Below are positions 39,511 to 52,889 of a stretch of DNA of 64,000 nucleotides, in pieces (within the stretch, counting starts at the first letter, position 1; each line of letters opens with the position of its first letter). Location of the stretch: positions 34,968,001 to 35,032,000 of the forward strand of contig NC_043013.1 in NCBI RefSeq assembly GCF_006345805.1. Direction: 5' to 3'. Source of the stretch: Octopus sinensis. Its lineage: Eukaryota. The notes beneath the pieces were generated by a model that saw only the letters and a list, made by a program, of their open reading frames with translations, ran no database searches and was not told where the DNA came from. Position numbers and translations under genes: made by a program.

Positions 39511-40387
39511 AATAACAATAATAATAACAATAATGATAATAATAAGGATAATAATATTAATGATGATGAGGGTGATGATGATAATAATAGTAATAATAAA
39601 TAGTGATAATAATAGTGTAAAAAATGAAACATAAATTTAAAAAGTTCAAAACTAAAAATAAAATGAATTGCAACCAGGATGTTTAATTTTTTTTCTTTTT
39701 CATCGTTTTTTGCCCACAACACCCCCACCCCCAGCCCCACCCTCATTCATTCTTTTCGATTATTTGAATTAATATTAACTAGATTTCATAAAAGAAGAGA
39801 AGCAATTCATTCTTTTGTGATTCATTCAAAGTAAAATACAAAAAATTTTTTTTTAAATAAGAGAAGCAAAGACAAAAAAATTCCACCAAAAAAAATAATA
39901 AAAACTGTAAAAAATTAAACAAGAAAAATATTATAAAGAAACGGAAATTTAACAAAAAAAAAAAACGAGAAAAACAATATTACCAAAAAAATAAGTTTTG
40001 CAGGAAAAAAAACAAATGGAGAGAATGTTTCTGACATGCGTGACCAATATTTCAGTTATGCTTCAGTGGAGTTGGAATTCATTGTAAATCTAGTCGATGT
40101 CTCTTTACTTCATCAAGAAATCCAAATTAAAGAGAACGGCCATCTTGATTTTATGAATCGCATCTTGTGAGGAGGGGAAAATATGAAAGAAGCCCACACC
40201 CATCCTGGACAAAAAGAAAAAAAAATGTTAAAGAGAGAGAGAGAGAGAGAAGGGGGGGAAGGAAAAAGGTAAGAGAGACAGAAAAGTATTAAATGGTATA
40301 ACACAGTGCTAATGAAATTATGGTTTCTGCAGCTAAAAATGAAGAAAAAATAAAAATTTTCATTCCTACATATATATAATATGTGTG

Positions 40388-40435
<48 letters not shown>

Positions 40436-40477
40436 TATGTATATACATATATATATATGTATATACATTATATATAT

Positions 40478-40513
<36 letters not shown>

Positions 40514-40699
40514 GTGTGTGTATATAGGTATATGCACATATATATACATGTAGATATGTTTTTGCATAAAAAAGTATAGAAAAAATCTATGCACTCAGAC
40601 CTCACTCACTTTCTCACTCTCTCTCTTCTCTATATATATAATATTTACATATGTGTATTCATGTATGTACATATATACATACATAGTTTCTGTATGAAT

Positions 40700-40735
<36 letters not shown>

Positions 40736-40806
40736 ATATATTATATGTATGTATATTATATGTGTGTGTATAATTATATGCACACATATATACATGTATT
40801 CATAGG

Positions 40807-40837
<31 letters not shown>

Positions 40838-40855
40838 GCATATATATATATGTAT

Positions 40856-40892
<37 letters not shown>

Positions 40893-41079
40893 AGTATGTG
40901 TCCATATACACACATATGCAAACTTATTTTGTTCTACTCAATATTATTCGAAACAAGCAAATAAAAAGAAGAAAATAAAAGTATAACAATTAAAGCAAAA
41001 TAAATTCTAAATATCATGCACATGCACGTGCACAGACACACACATATTGACAATCACAAACACACACAAATACAGACAC

Positions 41080-41122
<43 letters not shown>

Positions 41123-41325
41123 GCAAGAGAGATAGATACATGTACCTATCAATTCATCTCTCCTTTCATGTACATATGTGTGTTTGTGTGCATCTATATG
41201 TATATATATTTAAACACATACAAACATAAAATGTTTATTATAGATTTTTCCTCAAACTGCTTCCCTGCATGCATGGTCCAAGGTCTTACGCATCCGTGTG
41301 TACGTGCATAATTGCAAGTACAACA

Positions 41326-41368
<43 letters not shown>

Positions 41369-41456
41369 CTTATATCCGTGTGTTAATGCAATTATTACTT
41401 TCCGTTCTATATATCTATATATCTTCAAGCACACACATAGTGTATGTTTCTGTATA

Positions 41457-41494
<38 letters not shown>

Positions 41495-41656
41495 TATATA
41501 TAAAAGCTTACAATGAATACACACACAGCTTCTATTAGAGTATACAGACGAACAATATTAAAAAGATAATTATTGTTTTTAACAAGCTGTAACAGAAATT
41601 AAGGAGAATGTAACAATAGGTATGGTGATGATGATGATAATGATGATGATGATGAT

Positions 41657-41687
<31 letters not shown>

Positions 41688-41831
41688 AAGAAGAAGAATT
41701 GAATATGATGAGGTCAATGACAATGATGATAGTTGGGGTTCCAGCTTGGAAAATTATACATAAGTTATAAAAATACGTTTCATTAAATTTCCATTTTTAG
41801 AGTGTATATAATATATACACATATTCATATA

Positions 41832-41873
<42 letters not shown>

Positions 41874-41897
41874 TATACATATATATATATATGTACA

Positions 41898-41949
<52 letters not shown>

Positions 41950-41982
41950 ATATATATAGTATATATATATATAATATATAGT

Positions 41983-42135
41983 TGAAATTTATAGAAAAAC
42001 AAAAGAGAAGACAGGTGTATGAACAACAACCAAGTGTATTAATTTGACACTTGGGGAAAATGATAAAAGTCTTTTATGTTTCGAGCCTATGCTCTTCAAC
42101 AGAATGGAACAAGAGAAAATAAACAGAGAGAGAAT
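41983..42135 (-). mobile_element. Family E-related element with a hammerhead-like motif
   Basis: Minus strand: att CTGTTGA a gagc atag gctc GAAAC ATA aaag; reverse-complement match to 38790-38925. Confidence 0.7.
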
Positions 42136-42338
42136 GAAAAAACTTGTATATTTCAGCAGTCCAACATGGCAAACATGTATGTATATATACATCATCATTT
42201 ATCATCCATACATTATGCTGGCAATACATATACATACCTATCTCGACCACTATCGAACAATGATGATGATACATACACATATGCATACATACATATGGAT
42301 TGATAGACAGATAGATACACTCACACACACACATACAT

Positions 42339-42388
<50 letters not shown>

Positions 42389-42554
42389 TATATATATACA
42401 TATGCATATTCATATATACACATGTATAGGTGCAAGCATAGCAAGTGTCTTCTATTACCTCAGGCTATATATCAAACAGGCCAAATATGTCTTAGAGTTT
42501 CCTTTGTTATCTTCTGACCATCTATCTGTTTAAAGCTATAAATGGCTATAAAAA

Positions 42555-42867
42555 AACGATAAACGACGCCCTTTTCAAGCCTAGCCAGGCTCATGGGCCG
42601 GGTTTCCCAGTTTCTGTGGTGTATGTGTTCCCTCCAGCTGGACAGGATGCCAGTCCATCGCAGCATTACTCAAGAAACAGGAAGAGAGAGTGAGAGAAAG
42701 TTGTGGCGAAAGAGTACAATGGGGGTCGTCACCACCCCCTGCCGGAGCCTCGTGGAGCTTTTAGGTGTTTTTGCTCAATAAACACACACAACGCCCGGTC
42801 TGGGAATTGAAACCGCGATCCTCTGACCGCGAGTCCACTGCCCTAACCACTGGGCCATTGTGCCTCC
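42555..42867 (-). mobile_element. tRNA-derived SINE, family F (V-domain-like core)
   Basis: Reverse complement of 60123-60426; head ggaggcacaatggcccagtggttagggcag. Confidence 0.85.
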
Positions 42868-42873
42868 CCATAA

Positions 42874-42985
42874 ATGGCTATGCTACATCCATACTTATAG
42901 TTTGCATCGCCAGTTTCTAATCACCCATCCTGTCCAGAATATTGATCTGCTAGAAGCTGTCCAGAGATGTGCCAATAGAGAATAC
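42874..42985 (+). pseudogene. CR1/L2-type reverse transcriptase C-terminal fragment
   Basis: MLHPYL*FASPVSN then, after a frameshift, VQNIDLLEAVQRCA; resembles the CR1 motif RPHLEFASPVWNP...DIDLLEKVQRRAT. Confidence 0.65.
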
Positions 42986-43024
42986 CGTCTGTCAGCCAAT
43001 TACCATATCTTAAATATATTTATT

Positions 43025-43240
43025 TCTTTACTACCCACAAGGGGCTAAACAAGGACAGACAAACGGATTAAGTCGATTACATCGACCCCAGTGCGTAACT
43101 GGTACTTAATTTATCGACCCCGAAAGGATGAAAGGCAAAGTCGACCTCGGCGGAATTTGAACTCAGAACGTAACGGCAGACGAAATACGGCTACACATTT
43201 CGCCCGGCGTGCTAACGTTTCTGCCAGCTCGCCGCCTTAA
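43025..43240 (-). mobile_element. Family B SINE, young-looking
   Basis: Near-identical reverse complement of 44274-44501. Confidence 0.9.
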
Positions 43241-43472
43241 AATCTTAAATATATCTTAAATATATCTTGAATATATTGTTTCACTGAGACTCAACTTCCT
43301 GTCCTGAAGTCTAACAAATGTACTAGTAGGAGCCTGAAAGATTTTTCCAACACCTTTCCAACAACTTTAGCCCCTTTTTTTTAATGCAGTACATCAACTA
43401 CTCATTGACAAGTTCGTAAAATCAAAAAGCAGTGCAGTGACAGCAACATTAAGAAACATCTTTTCATATTCA

Positions 43473-43624
43473 GTGAAAGCAAAGGATAAAATGTGAAAGC
43501 AAAGGATAAAATGTGAAAGCAAAGGATAAAATGTGAAAGCAAAGGATAAAATGTGAAAGCAAAGGATAAAATGTGAAAGCAAAGGATAAAATGTGAAAGC
43601 AAAGGATAAAATGTGAAAGCAAAG
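43473..43624. repeat. Perfect 20-bp tandem repeat (GTGAAAGCAAAGGATAAAAT) x7 plus a partial unit
   Basis: Seen directly. Confidence 0.97.
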
Positions 43625-44273
43625 AATGAACTACATGCATCATTTGGTAGTAATCTTGACACTATTTTCTTAAAAAATTCCAAGCTTCTTGAAATTTGCT
43701 GACACTAGTCTTGTTGACAATTTAGGGAAACCATATTTCGTTATCCCCAAATAATGAAATATGATGTTCCTCCTACAAGTCATCAATATTTACATACAAG
43801 CTGCTAGGAGTGCTTTTAATATGTAAAATTGTTATATCCCATAATGTTACACCACTGTATTTAGTGTCTATTTAATCAATGATTTCATGGATAGTTAAAG
43901 GGCTGGATAGGTGTTGATGAAGGAGCAAAAACTGAAATATAGCATATATACCCCTTACTCATTTCTTATTTATCAATCTCGTTCTTGCTTATATACGGCA
44001 GTACTTGGATCTCGAACGTTGTAACAAAACCTGCGCTGGCAATAATTTCCTAAGAAAATCTATAGAGATGACCATAATACATGATTTAAGTGCACTGCTA
44101 ACACAGTAAAAACGTTTAATATACTTTGTAGCATATTATGGTTGCATAACAATATACTGTGTGCCTATAGTCATTAATATTTACTTACCAGCTTCCGGGA
44201 ATGTATTTAATATGTAAAATTGGTATACTCAATAATGTTACACCACTGTATTTAGTGGCTATTTAAGCAATAA

Positions 44274-44501
44274 ACTCGAGCTGGCAGAATCGTTAGCACG
44301 CCGGGCGAAATGCTTTGTGGTATTTCGTCCGCCAGTGTGTTCTGAGTTCAAATTCCGCCGAGGTCGACTTTGCCTTTCCTCCTTTCGGGGTCGATAAATT
44401 ATGTATCAGTTACACATTGGGGTCGATGTAATCGACTTAATCCGTGTGTCTGTCCTTGTTTGTCCCCTCTGTGTATAGCCCCTTGTGGTTAGTAAAGAAA
44501 T
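44274..44501 (+). mobile_element. Family B SINE inserted in the second copy of a local duplication
   Basis: gagctggcagaatcgttagcacgccgggcg...tagtaaagaaata. Confidence 0.9.
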
Positions 44502-45152
44502 AGGTTAATGAGTTAGATGGGTTCTAATGAAGGAGCAAAGACTCCTGAAGTATGGCATATACACCTATTATCCATTTTTCATCTTCGATTTCATTGTTGT
44601 TTACTTTGGGCATACTCAGATCTGAAACTTAGCGCAATCAGTGCTGGTTGTAATATCTATAGATAATCTGAAGAAATAGCTTTAACAAATGACTAATCTT
44701 GAAGCACCTGTGTTGACTTTCCTGTATATGATGCTTTTGATGTTCAACTTTTTGACTTTGTCTCTTATTCTGTGTACTGGGCTTTCATTGCTGCCTCTCT
44801 TTACTCGATTTCCATGCTTGTTTTCCGTTCCCTCTTTTAAACTTTTCCAAGGATTTGCAGTGAACTTTAAACAATAAGTTCTTATACATATATAAAAACA
44901 TACATGCATATATATATATATATATATACATACACATATATATATACATATATGCATACACACATACATACATACACACACACACATATATATATATACA
45001 TACATACATGCATATATACATACATTCATATATACATATCTACGTATATGCGTACACACATACATAAATACACACACACATACACACACACACATATATA
45101 TATATACATACATACATGCATATATATATATACATGTTTGGGTGTATGCATG

Positions 45153-45184
<32 letters not shown>

Positions 45185-45689
45185 CATATATATATATACA
45201 CATATATAAATGCATATATATATATATATACAGGTTTGGGTGTATGTGTGCATATACATATATATATATGTGTGTGTACGTTTGTATATATATATATATA
45301 TATATCCATAGATGTATGTATATATATATGTATATATATATGCATATGCATATATATTTATATGCACACATATGCATATATATTTATATATATATATACA
45401 AAGGTATGCTGGTATGTGTACGTGTGAATATGCAAGCAAGTGTATATAAATGTGTATACATATTTGTAACTTGAATGAACAGAGAAAACAACAAAACGAG
45501 CAAGCAGGAGTAACACTGGAGTGAATCACGAACCATCAGTTTGGGGCAAATAAATATCTGTGCAGCAGCACGTATTGAATACTTTTCTTCCCAACCGTAT
45601 AATGAAAACTTACGCATACACACACATGATGATATATGTATGTATGTATGTATGTACTTACGTATCTGTATATATACATACATACATAC

Positions 45690-45736
<47 letters not shown>

Positions 45737-45896
45737 AGTAAAGAGTAAAGAGTATATATATATATATTATATATATATATATATATATACTCACACATAC
45801 ATACACTCATATATATATCACTGTCTATATACGAATGTAATATATATCTATATTGCTTTCCCTCTCTCTCTCGCCCTGTCTCTGTCTCTCTGTCTG

Positions 45897-45937
<41 letters not shown>

Positions 45938-46291
45938 GTGTATATATATATATATATATATACACATATATATCCACATATATATATACATATATATGTG
46001 TGTGTATGTATTATGTGCATATATATGTATATATACACACATATATATATATATATATGTATATATACACACATATATTATATATGTATATATATATATA
46101 TATTATATATATATTATTATATATATATATATATAATATATATTATATATATATGTATATGTATATATGTATGTATGGATATATCTATACACACATGCAC
46201 AGACACACACACAAATACATATGTAGATAGATATATATATACATATACATAAATATATATACACATATGAATATACATATATGCAAATATA

Positions 46292-46332
<41 letters not shown>

Positions 46333-47000
46333 AATATGTATATAATATATGTTTGTGTGTATGCGTGTGTAGAGGAAAGATACACTAATGTGCAAGTGGA
46401 TATAAATATGACATCTAGAGACCTGAATACACACACACGCACACATACACACACAATACCACACACACACACACACATACACACACCACTAGATTTCATC
46501 TACATCATCATAAACCTCCATCAACATCACCGACTCATCATGATCATCATTATCATCACCCTGAACATCATCATCAACCTTACCCACCCCCACCCCATCT
46601 CACCCCCAAACCACCATCAACATTTCTATAATTATTTTTATTTTTATTTTATTTTATTTTTTTTTATTTCTGCTTTCCTAGCTTCCAAGATTCTTAATTT
46701 TTTTCTTTTTTTTTTTTCTTCCCTGTTCTCCACTCACGAAAGTGCCCAGCAGATGAAGTTGAAAATTTTTTCGACTAGCTTAATTAAATTTATCAGTTTG
46801 TGATCTGCTCGCAGGAAAATGTATATATGCATACATACTTACATACGTGCATATATATGTAAATATATATATATATATAAATATATATATGTGTGTGTGT
46901 ATATATACATATATATATATGTATATGTATATATACATATATATATATTTATACATATATATGTGCACATATGCCCACTAACACTCGCATACACTCAAGC

Positions 47001-47050
<50 letters not shown>

Positions 47051-47509
47051 GCATATGTAGATGTATAGAGCTAGAGATACATGTTTCATCTTTGATAATT
47101 TTTTTCTTGTTCGTCAAGGGGCTTCTTCTGCTAGTTTTCTTAATATTGTCATTGTTGTTGGCATCACCATCTTCATCAACATCATCGTCGTCGTCGTCGT
47201 CGTTGTCAGCGTAGTTGTTGTCGTTGTTGTTGTTGTTATTATGTATTTATCTATTTTAATTTTTGCAGTAACAGTGAGAGGAAGAAATAGGAATTCTTTA
47301 TTAGATGAATTATAACTGATACACGTCTTTTCGTTCTTTCTTTCTTTCTTTCTTTCTTTCGTTTTTAATTTTTCCCTCTCATTCTCTCTTGGAAATATTT
47401 GTATTCATTTTTATTATCCCCCTTTTTTTTCCCCCTTTTTCTTTTGGCAGAACCTTCAGAATAGACAGAAGAGAGAATATGTAATGTTGAAGTTTCCAAC
47501 AATGGTGAT

Positions 47510-47535
47510 GACAATAACAATGTTGCTGCTGTTCT

Positions 47536-47569
<34 letters not shown>

Positions 47570-47582
47570 GGTGGTGGTGGTG

Positions 47583-47625
<43 letters not shown>

Positions 47626-47667
47626 CGATGACGATGACGATGATGATGATGAGGGTGGTGGTGGTGA

Positions 47668-47698
<31 letters not shown>

Positions 47699-47700
47699 AG

Positions 47701-47749
<49 letters not shown>

Positions 47750-47810
47750 GGTGATGACGGTGATGACAATGACGGTGATGACGATGATGATGACGTTGTC
47801 GATGATGTTC
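47510..47810. repeat. (ATG)n/(GGT)n compound repeat
   Basis: Seen directly. Confidence 0.95.
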
Positions 47811-48051
47811 ATTTACAATAATTTCTGTGTTGATAAACTCTAACCATGTCATGTGAGAATTATATTTCCTGTATTCACCCAGAATGCTTTGCAAGACATT
47901 GCGAAAATCAAAAATTTAGAGGTAGTATTTGATCTGGGTACAATATATATTCATCCTTTTCTTTCTGCTGCCTCCTCCTTATCAAATTGTGCCTCTTTTT
48001 TTCCATCACTATCTTTAGTTACTAAGTCTTTGGCCATGCAGGAACACTTAC

Positions 48052-48121
48052 CTTCATGCATAAGGGCGATAATATCAATCCCTGTTCCTGACTGCTGCAT
48101 ATTCCATTGCAGTTTGCAAGG
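48052..48121 (-). other. Candidate 70-bp exon of an unidentified transcript
   Basis: Acceptor ctattctatctttcag and donor gaag|gtaagt are both strong. Open frames are PCKLQWNMQQSGTGIDIIALMHE and LANCNGICSSQEQGLILSPLCMK. No homology recognised. Confidence 0.4.
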
Positions 48122-48729
48122 CTGAAAGATAGAATAGATACTGATGGTATTTGAACCCACAATATAAAGACACATCACCAAATACACTAAGATATTCCAG
48201 CCAATAAATTATGAACTCTTTCAACCACTAACATGCATGTAAATAATGTGGTTCCTTATACTGAAACAATATGGCAACCCATTAGCATTTAAACTGACAA
48301 TATCTGGCCCAAATATTCTACCTGTTTTATACTCAAATCAACTGGATTTGGCCTCTTACACCTGCCCTACAATGTTATTCTAAAAATAAGCAATCACATT
48401 ATTGAAATCTTGAAGTTATGAGATAATGAGAAATTAAAAATCAACACAGCACCCACAACTTTGAAAACATTTTTCTATGCTCAGAATTGCTAAAGCAGGG
48501 AATAAACTAGCTGCATCAGTTGTTAGCTGTCAGGACAACAGATTCTTCAAAACTTCCAGGCTTCCTGAAACTCACCAACAGTTCACATGATGACTCCCAG
48601 CCCTTTTTGTTTTCTTAAATGACCCATCTCCTGTGTATTGTTCTATGTACAGTTTGTGCACTTTTGGCTATTTTCTGTTGAGTTGTCATACACCTGAGCA
48701 TTGTATACAATAAATTCATTATCATTATT

Positions 48730-49020
48730 AGCAGAATCGTTAGCATGCTGCGCACAATGCTTAAGCAGTATTCACCTGTCTTTACGTTCTGAGTTCAAAA
48801 AAAGACGGTGTGCTGACAGAATCCTAAGCATGCCAGGCAAAATGCTTAAGCGGTTTCGCCTGTCTTTACGTTCTGAGTTCAAATCTCACTGGGGTCGACT
48901 TTGCCTTTCATCCTTTCGGGGTCGATAAATTAAGTACCAGTAAAACACTGGGATCAATATAATCGACTGGTCCCCTCCCACCAAAATTTCAGGCCTTGTA
49001 CCTATAGTAGAAAGGATTAT
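48730..49020 (+). mobile_element. Family B SINE with a tandemly duplicated head
   Basis: cagaatc.t.agcatgc...ctgtctttacgttctgagttcaaa occurs twice. Confidence 0.8.
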
Positions 49021-49249
49021 TATCATCATTATTATCATAATTCAAAACAATGAGAATAAATAAGCATAAAATTTGACAGAGTAACCTGAATGCTGAATGG
49101 TTAAGAGAAAGTATCTGATTGATTTAATCATTTTCTTTATAATATTTCTGTTGAGACAAACTGCTTTTATTTTAATTAATTGTGAAAATAATGAAGAATT
49201 CAGTAAAATTTACATTTATGTATTTGCTTTGCAAGATGCCTGATGTGAA

Positions 49250-49730
49250 CTCTTTACTCTTTACTCTTTTACTTGTTTCAGTCATGTGACAGTGGCCATG
49301 CTGGAGCACCGCCTTTAGTCGAGCAAATCGCCCCCAGCACTTATTCTTTGTAAGCCTAGTACTTATTCTATCGGTCTCTTTTGCTGAACCGCTAAGTTAC
49401 GGGGATGTAATAACACCAGCATCGGTTGTCAAGCGATGTTGGTGGGGACAAACACAGACACACAAACGTATATACATAAATAAATAGATAAAAAGGTCAC
49501 ATTAGGCAATGTTGACCTCAATCAAGAGTTGTGAAATTTTTCCTTTGGCAAACTCTTTCATCATCTCCAGCACTGTTAGGAAGTCTCATGTGAAAAACAG
49601 TTTGGGAAAAGAGACTGATAGAATACGTACTAGGCTTACAATGAATAAGTCCTGGGGTCGATTTGCTTGACTAAAGGCGGTGCTCCAGCATGGCCACAGC
49701 CACTCATAAGTAGACAGTAAAAGTAAAAGT
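49250..49730. mobile_element. Two family A SINE 3' fragments in inverted orientation (49250-49480 minus, 49605-49730 plus)
   Basis: Both carry the aataagtcctggggtcgattt...ctaaaggcggtgctccagcatggcc segment on opposite strands. Confidence 0.8.
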
Positions 49731-50319
49731 TTCTCAATATCCTTTGTTAGGCAATCAACCTCTGCTTAGTTTGTTGTGAATACTTCAGACTGCCAGTGTT
49801 TTATAAACCTCACATAACCCTAAATTTCCTTATATATCTTTAGGAATTTGCATATCACATTCTGAATACTCAAACCCTAGATATATACAAAGGATGGATA
49901 GTAACACCTGCAATGTCTTTTTATCACAGATCTGCTCTAGATTAGATGGTTTATTTTTTAGATCATTAGTTTTAACTGCTACATGCCCTTAATACTGCCT
50001 TAAACCCTTACCCATAAAATTGTTAGCGTTTCTGAGTGAAACAATGATAATTTCTAATATAAGATCCTGACAAGTTCACGCATTTTATGAGAGGAGCATA
50101 GTCAAATGAAACAAACCCAAAATTTTAATTGGCCCACAATGTCATCTTTGGCATGGTTTGAACTTAGAATGTAAAGGGGTATAACTAAATACTAGAAGAC
50201 ATCTAGTCCAGTTCTCTAATGGTTCTGGTGTATCTGACCAAATCTTTCTTGAATTATTTTAGTTCCTCTCCCTCTCACAACTGAGATGTCCTTATCTTGC
50301 AAGCCATTAAGCAACCCTG

Positions 50320-50690
50320 CGGGTACTGGTGCTATGTAAAAAGCATTAAAAACCCTCATGCTGACACTAAGTAAGAAGCCCCCATGCCAGCACCACATAA
50401 AAACACATGTGCTAGTGCCACATGAAAAAAAAAGTAGCCATACCAGGGCCACATGAAAAGCACCCATGCTGACACCATGTGAACAGCATCGATGCTGGTG
50501 ACATGTAAAAAGCTCCCTGTACACTTTGTAAAGTGATTGGCATTAGGAAGGACATCCAGTCATAGAAACCATGCTAAAACAGATGACTAGGGCCCAGTCC
50601 AACCCTTCAACTTACCAGCTCCTGTCAAACCAACCAACCCATGCAAGCATGGAAAATGGACATTAAACGATGAGGATGACGATGATGATC
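50320..50690 (+). mobile_element. Family C RTE-tail retroposon
   Basis: Internal subrepeats plus the tail and (ATG)n. Confidence 0.7.
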
Positions 50691-50928
50691 CAACATTCTT
50701 AAAAGAATGACACATTGAGTAATGTATTCGTTGGTGTACTGTGTCTGAGAAAAGGATGGGATGATAGCAGTTGGAATGTCTTTGATCATTGGTTCTAAGC
50801 AAGCTACTTACCACACAGCCACTCCTACACCTAAGCTGTCACTCTTTCATAAACAACAGTACTCTCACTGGGTGAACATTTATTTCCAGCAACTGTAAAA
50901 CCCCTTCATAACTGCAAGTAATGAACTA

Positions 50929-51200
50929 AGGAAATATCAAGTTGATTTTAAGCTGGAAGTGGTAGGATACACCAAGTCTCACAACAACTGTGCAGCTGCC
51001 AGCAAGAGAATACAGTGTAACTAAGAAGATGGTAAGAATTTGGAGATTAAAGGAAGACTTATTAAGGAGTGTACCCAAGACAAAATGTGCAATGAGGGGA
51101 GGTACTTCACACTAGCAGATTCTAGAGAAGCATGTAGCAAACATAGTCCATGAACAGCATCAAAATGGATACATTGTTTCAAGACCAATAGTCTCATGAA
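50929..51200 (+). pseudogene. pogo/Tigger (POGK-like) transposase N-terminal remnant: Brinker-type DBD plus CENP-B HTH
   Basis: RKYQVDFKLEVVGYTKSHNNCAAA / frameshift / AREYSVTKKMVRIWRLKEDLL...GTSH*QILEKHVANIVHEQHQNGYIVSR resembles the pattern FKL.V..YA..H.N.AAAR.F.V....VR.WR and W..LE..L..WV.EQRQNG..VS. Confidence 0.7.
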
Positions 51201-51287
51201 GCAAGACAAAATAAACAAATTAAAGACAATACTATCAGTATACTTTATAACAACATTTCTAATATATTACAACATAATTTTATACAT

Positions 51288-51697
51288 AGGTGCAGGAATG
51301 GCTGTGTGGTAAGTAGCTTGCTTACCAACGACATGGTTCTGGGTTCAGTCCCACTGCGTGGCACCTTGGGCAAGTGTCTTCTACTATAACCTCGGGCCGA
51401 CCAAAGCCTTGTGAGTGGATTTGCTAGACGGAAACTGAAAGAAGCCCGTTGTATATATGTATATGTGCATATATGTGTGTGTATGTTTGTGTGTCTGTGT
51501 TTGTCCCCCCAACATCGCTTGACAACTGATGTTGGCGTGTTTACGTCCCCGTAACTTAGCGGTTCGGCAAAAGAGACCGATAGAAAAAAGTACTAGGCTT
51601 ACAAAGCATAAGTCCTGGGGTCGATTTGCACGACTAAAGGTGGTGCTCCAGCATGGCCACAGTCAAATGACTGAAACAAGTAAAAGAGTAAAAGAGT
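51288..51697 (+). mobile_element. Family A SINE, full length
   Basis: Complete head and tail. Confidence 0.92.
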
Positions 51698-52074
51698 ACG
51701 CCAGAAGTAAATCTGTAAATCCATTTCAAGTAAATGGAGTTATTATGGTATACTTGAAATAATGTTAGTTCCTGTAAAATAGGCGATGCCTAAATGATAT
51801 CACTATGACAGTGTTTACACCAGCCAGGTACATTTGATGTGTATCATAGTAGGTAATTTACAATATTTGGCCTCTTTTTGAAAAGAACTGGATAAATTTT
51901 AAACAACCAAGACTGCAGAATTATTGCATACAAAATTTAGTTATTGAGACATAATCAAAATGCTATTGAAACACAAGAAAAGCAGAGGTTTCAGGGGCTG
52001 CTGGGGAAGCTACAGCTTGCCTTTTAGCTATGACCCTCACACCTTCGGTGCTCAAGCTATTTACTGTGAACACT

Positions 52075-52170
52075 TTAGGGTAGACTTATACAGCAAGTAT
52101 CGATCAAAATTCATTTTTTAAATGGAAATCTGGGGGTCGACTCATATTATACACTGGCATATATGGTGTA
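52075..52170 (+). mobile_element. Probable right end of the pogo-like DNA transposon
   Basis: gggtagacttatac...gggggtcgactc...tatacactggcatatatggtgta resembles pogo/Tigger-type subterminal repeats and terminus. Confidence 0.45.
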
Positions 52171-52186
52171 TGAATTTCTTTAAAGG

Positions 52187-52242
<56 letters not shown>

Positions 52243-52540
52243 ATTTATCCTATGTTATACTGGCTGTTTCAAGTTAGACAGTATCCGACATAATAAAATA
52301 TGACTTTTTATGTGATTACTCAAAAGCGTTTCCTGTAAACAAACTTAGAGAGTATATATATATATATATGAATGTAAATGGATGAATGAATTATCCTTTG
52401 TTTACAGTTAACACGGAAAATTCAATAAACAGTTACCAGGGTAGCAAAATTCACGCAAGTAACAAGGATGCAGCGACCTATTCAAAGGTAGAAACTCCGG
52501 GTTAATGTGCAGAAATTTGTATAGTATAAGTAAATAAATG

Positions 52541-52875
52541 GAGTTGAACGCAGATGTTATTCAAATTCATTTACTTTCGACATATGTTTCGAAGACAACA
52601 TTGGTTTTATTCCAAAGGAATAAACGGTGTAAAATAAGAGAACCCATCTCAACAACAAGACATTATAACAATTTTGATGACTGCATAAATGATAAACCGA
52701 ACGCTATTAAGTATTTTTAAAAATACTATTAGTAGATCTGGCATCAAATGCAGATCATACGAAGAAATAATAAGTAGACAACAAATAAAGAGGGATATAT
52801 TGGTTGAAAAAATGTTCAAAGGCTTCGAAACATATGTCGAAAGTAAAAGAATTTAAATAACATTTGCATTCAACA
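52541..52875. mobile_element. MITE with ~55-bp TIRs
   Basis: gttgaacgcagatgttattcaaattcatttactttcgacatatgtttcgaag versus cttcgaaacatatgtcgaaagtaaaagaatttaaataacatttgcattcaac. Confidence 0.8.
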
Positions 52876-52889
52876 CATTATTTACTTAT

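Noticed and set aside
44682-44880. Unique tail of ORF 44682-45377 with an RVKR furin-like motif
   Set aside because: No splice sites or signal peptide; the rest of the ORF is TA/TG repeat.
498-47894. Numerous long ORFs in the track (poly-I/Y/H/D/M/V/T/E/K; for example 9363-10175, 11981-12616, 22014-22757, 44682-45377)
   Set aside because: They are translations of microsatellites that lack stops in several frames on both strands; no domain content.
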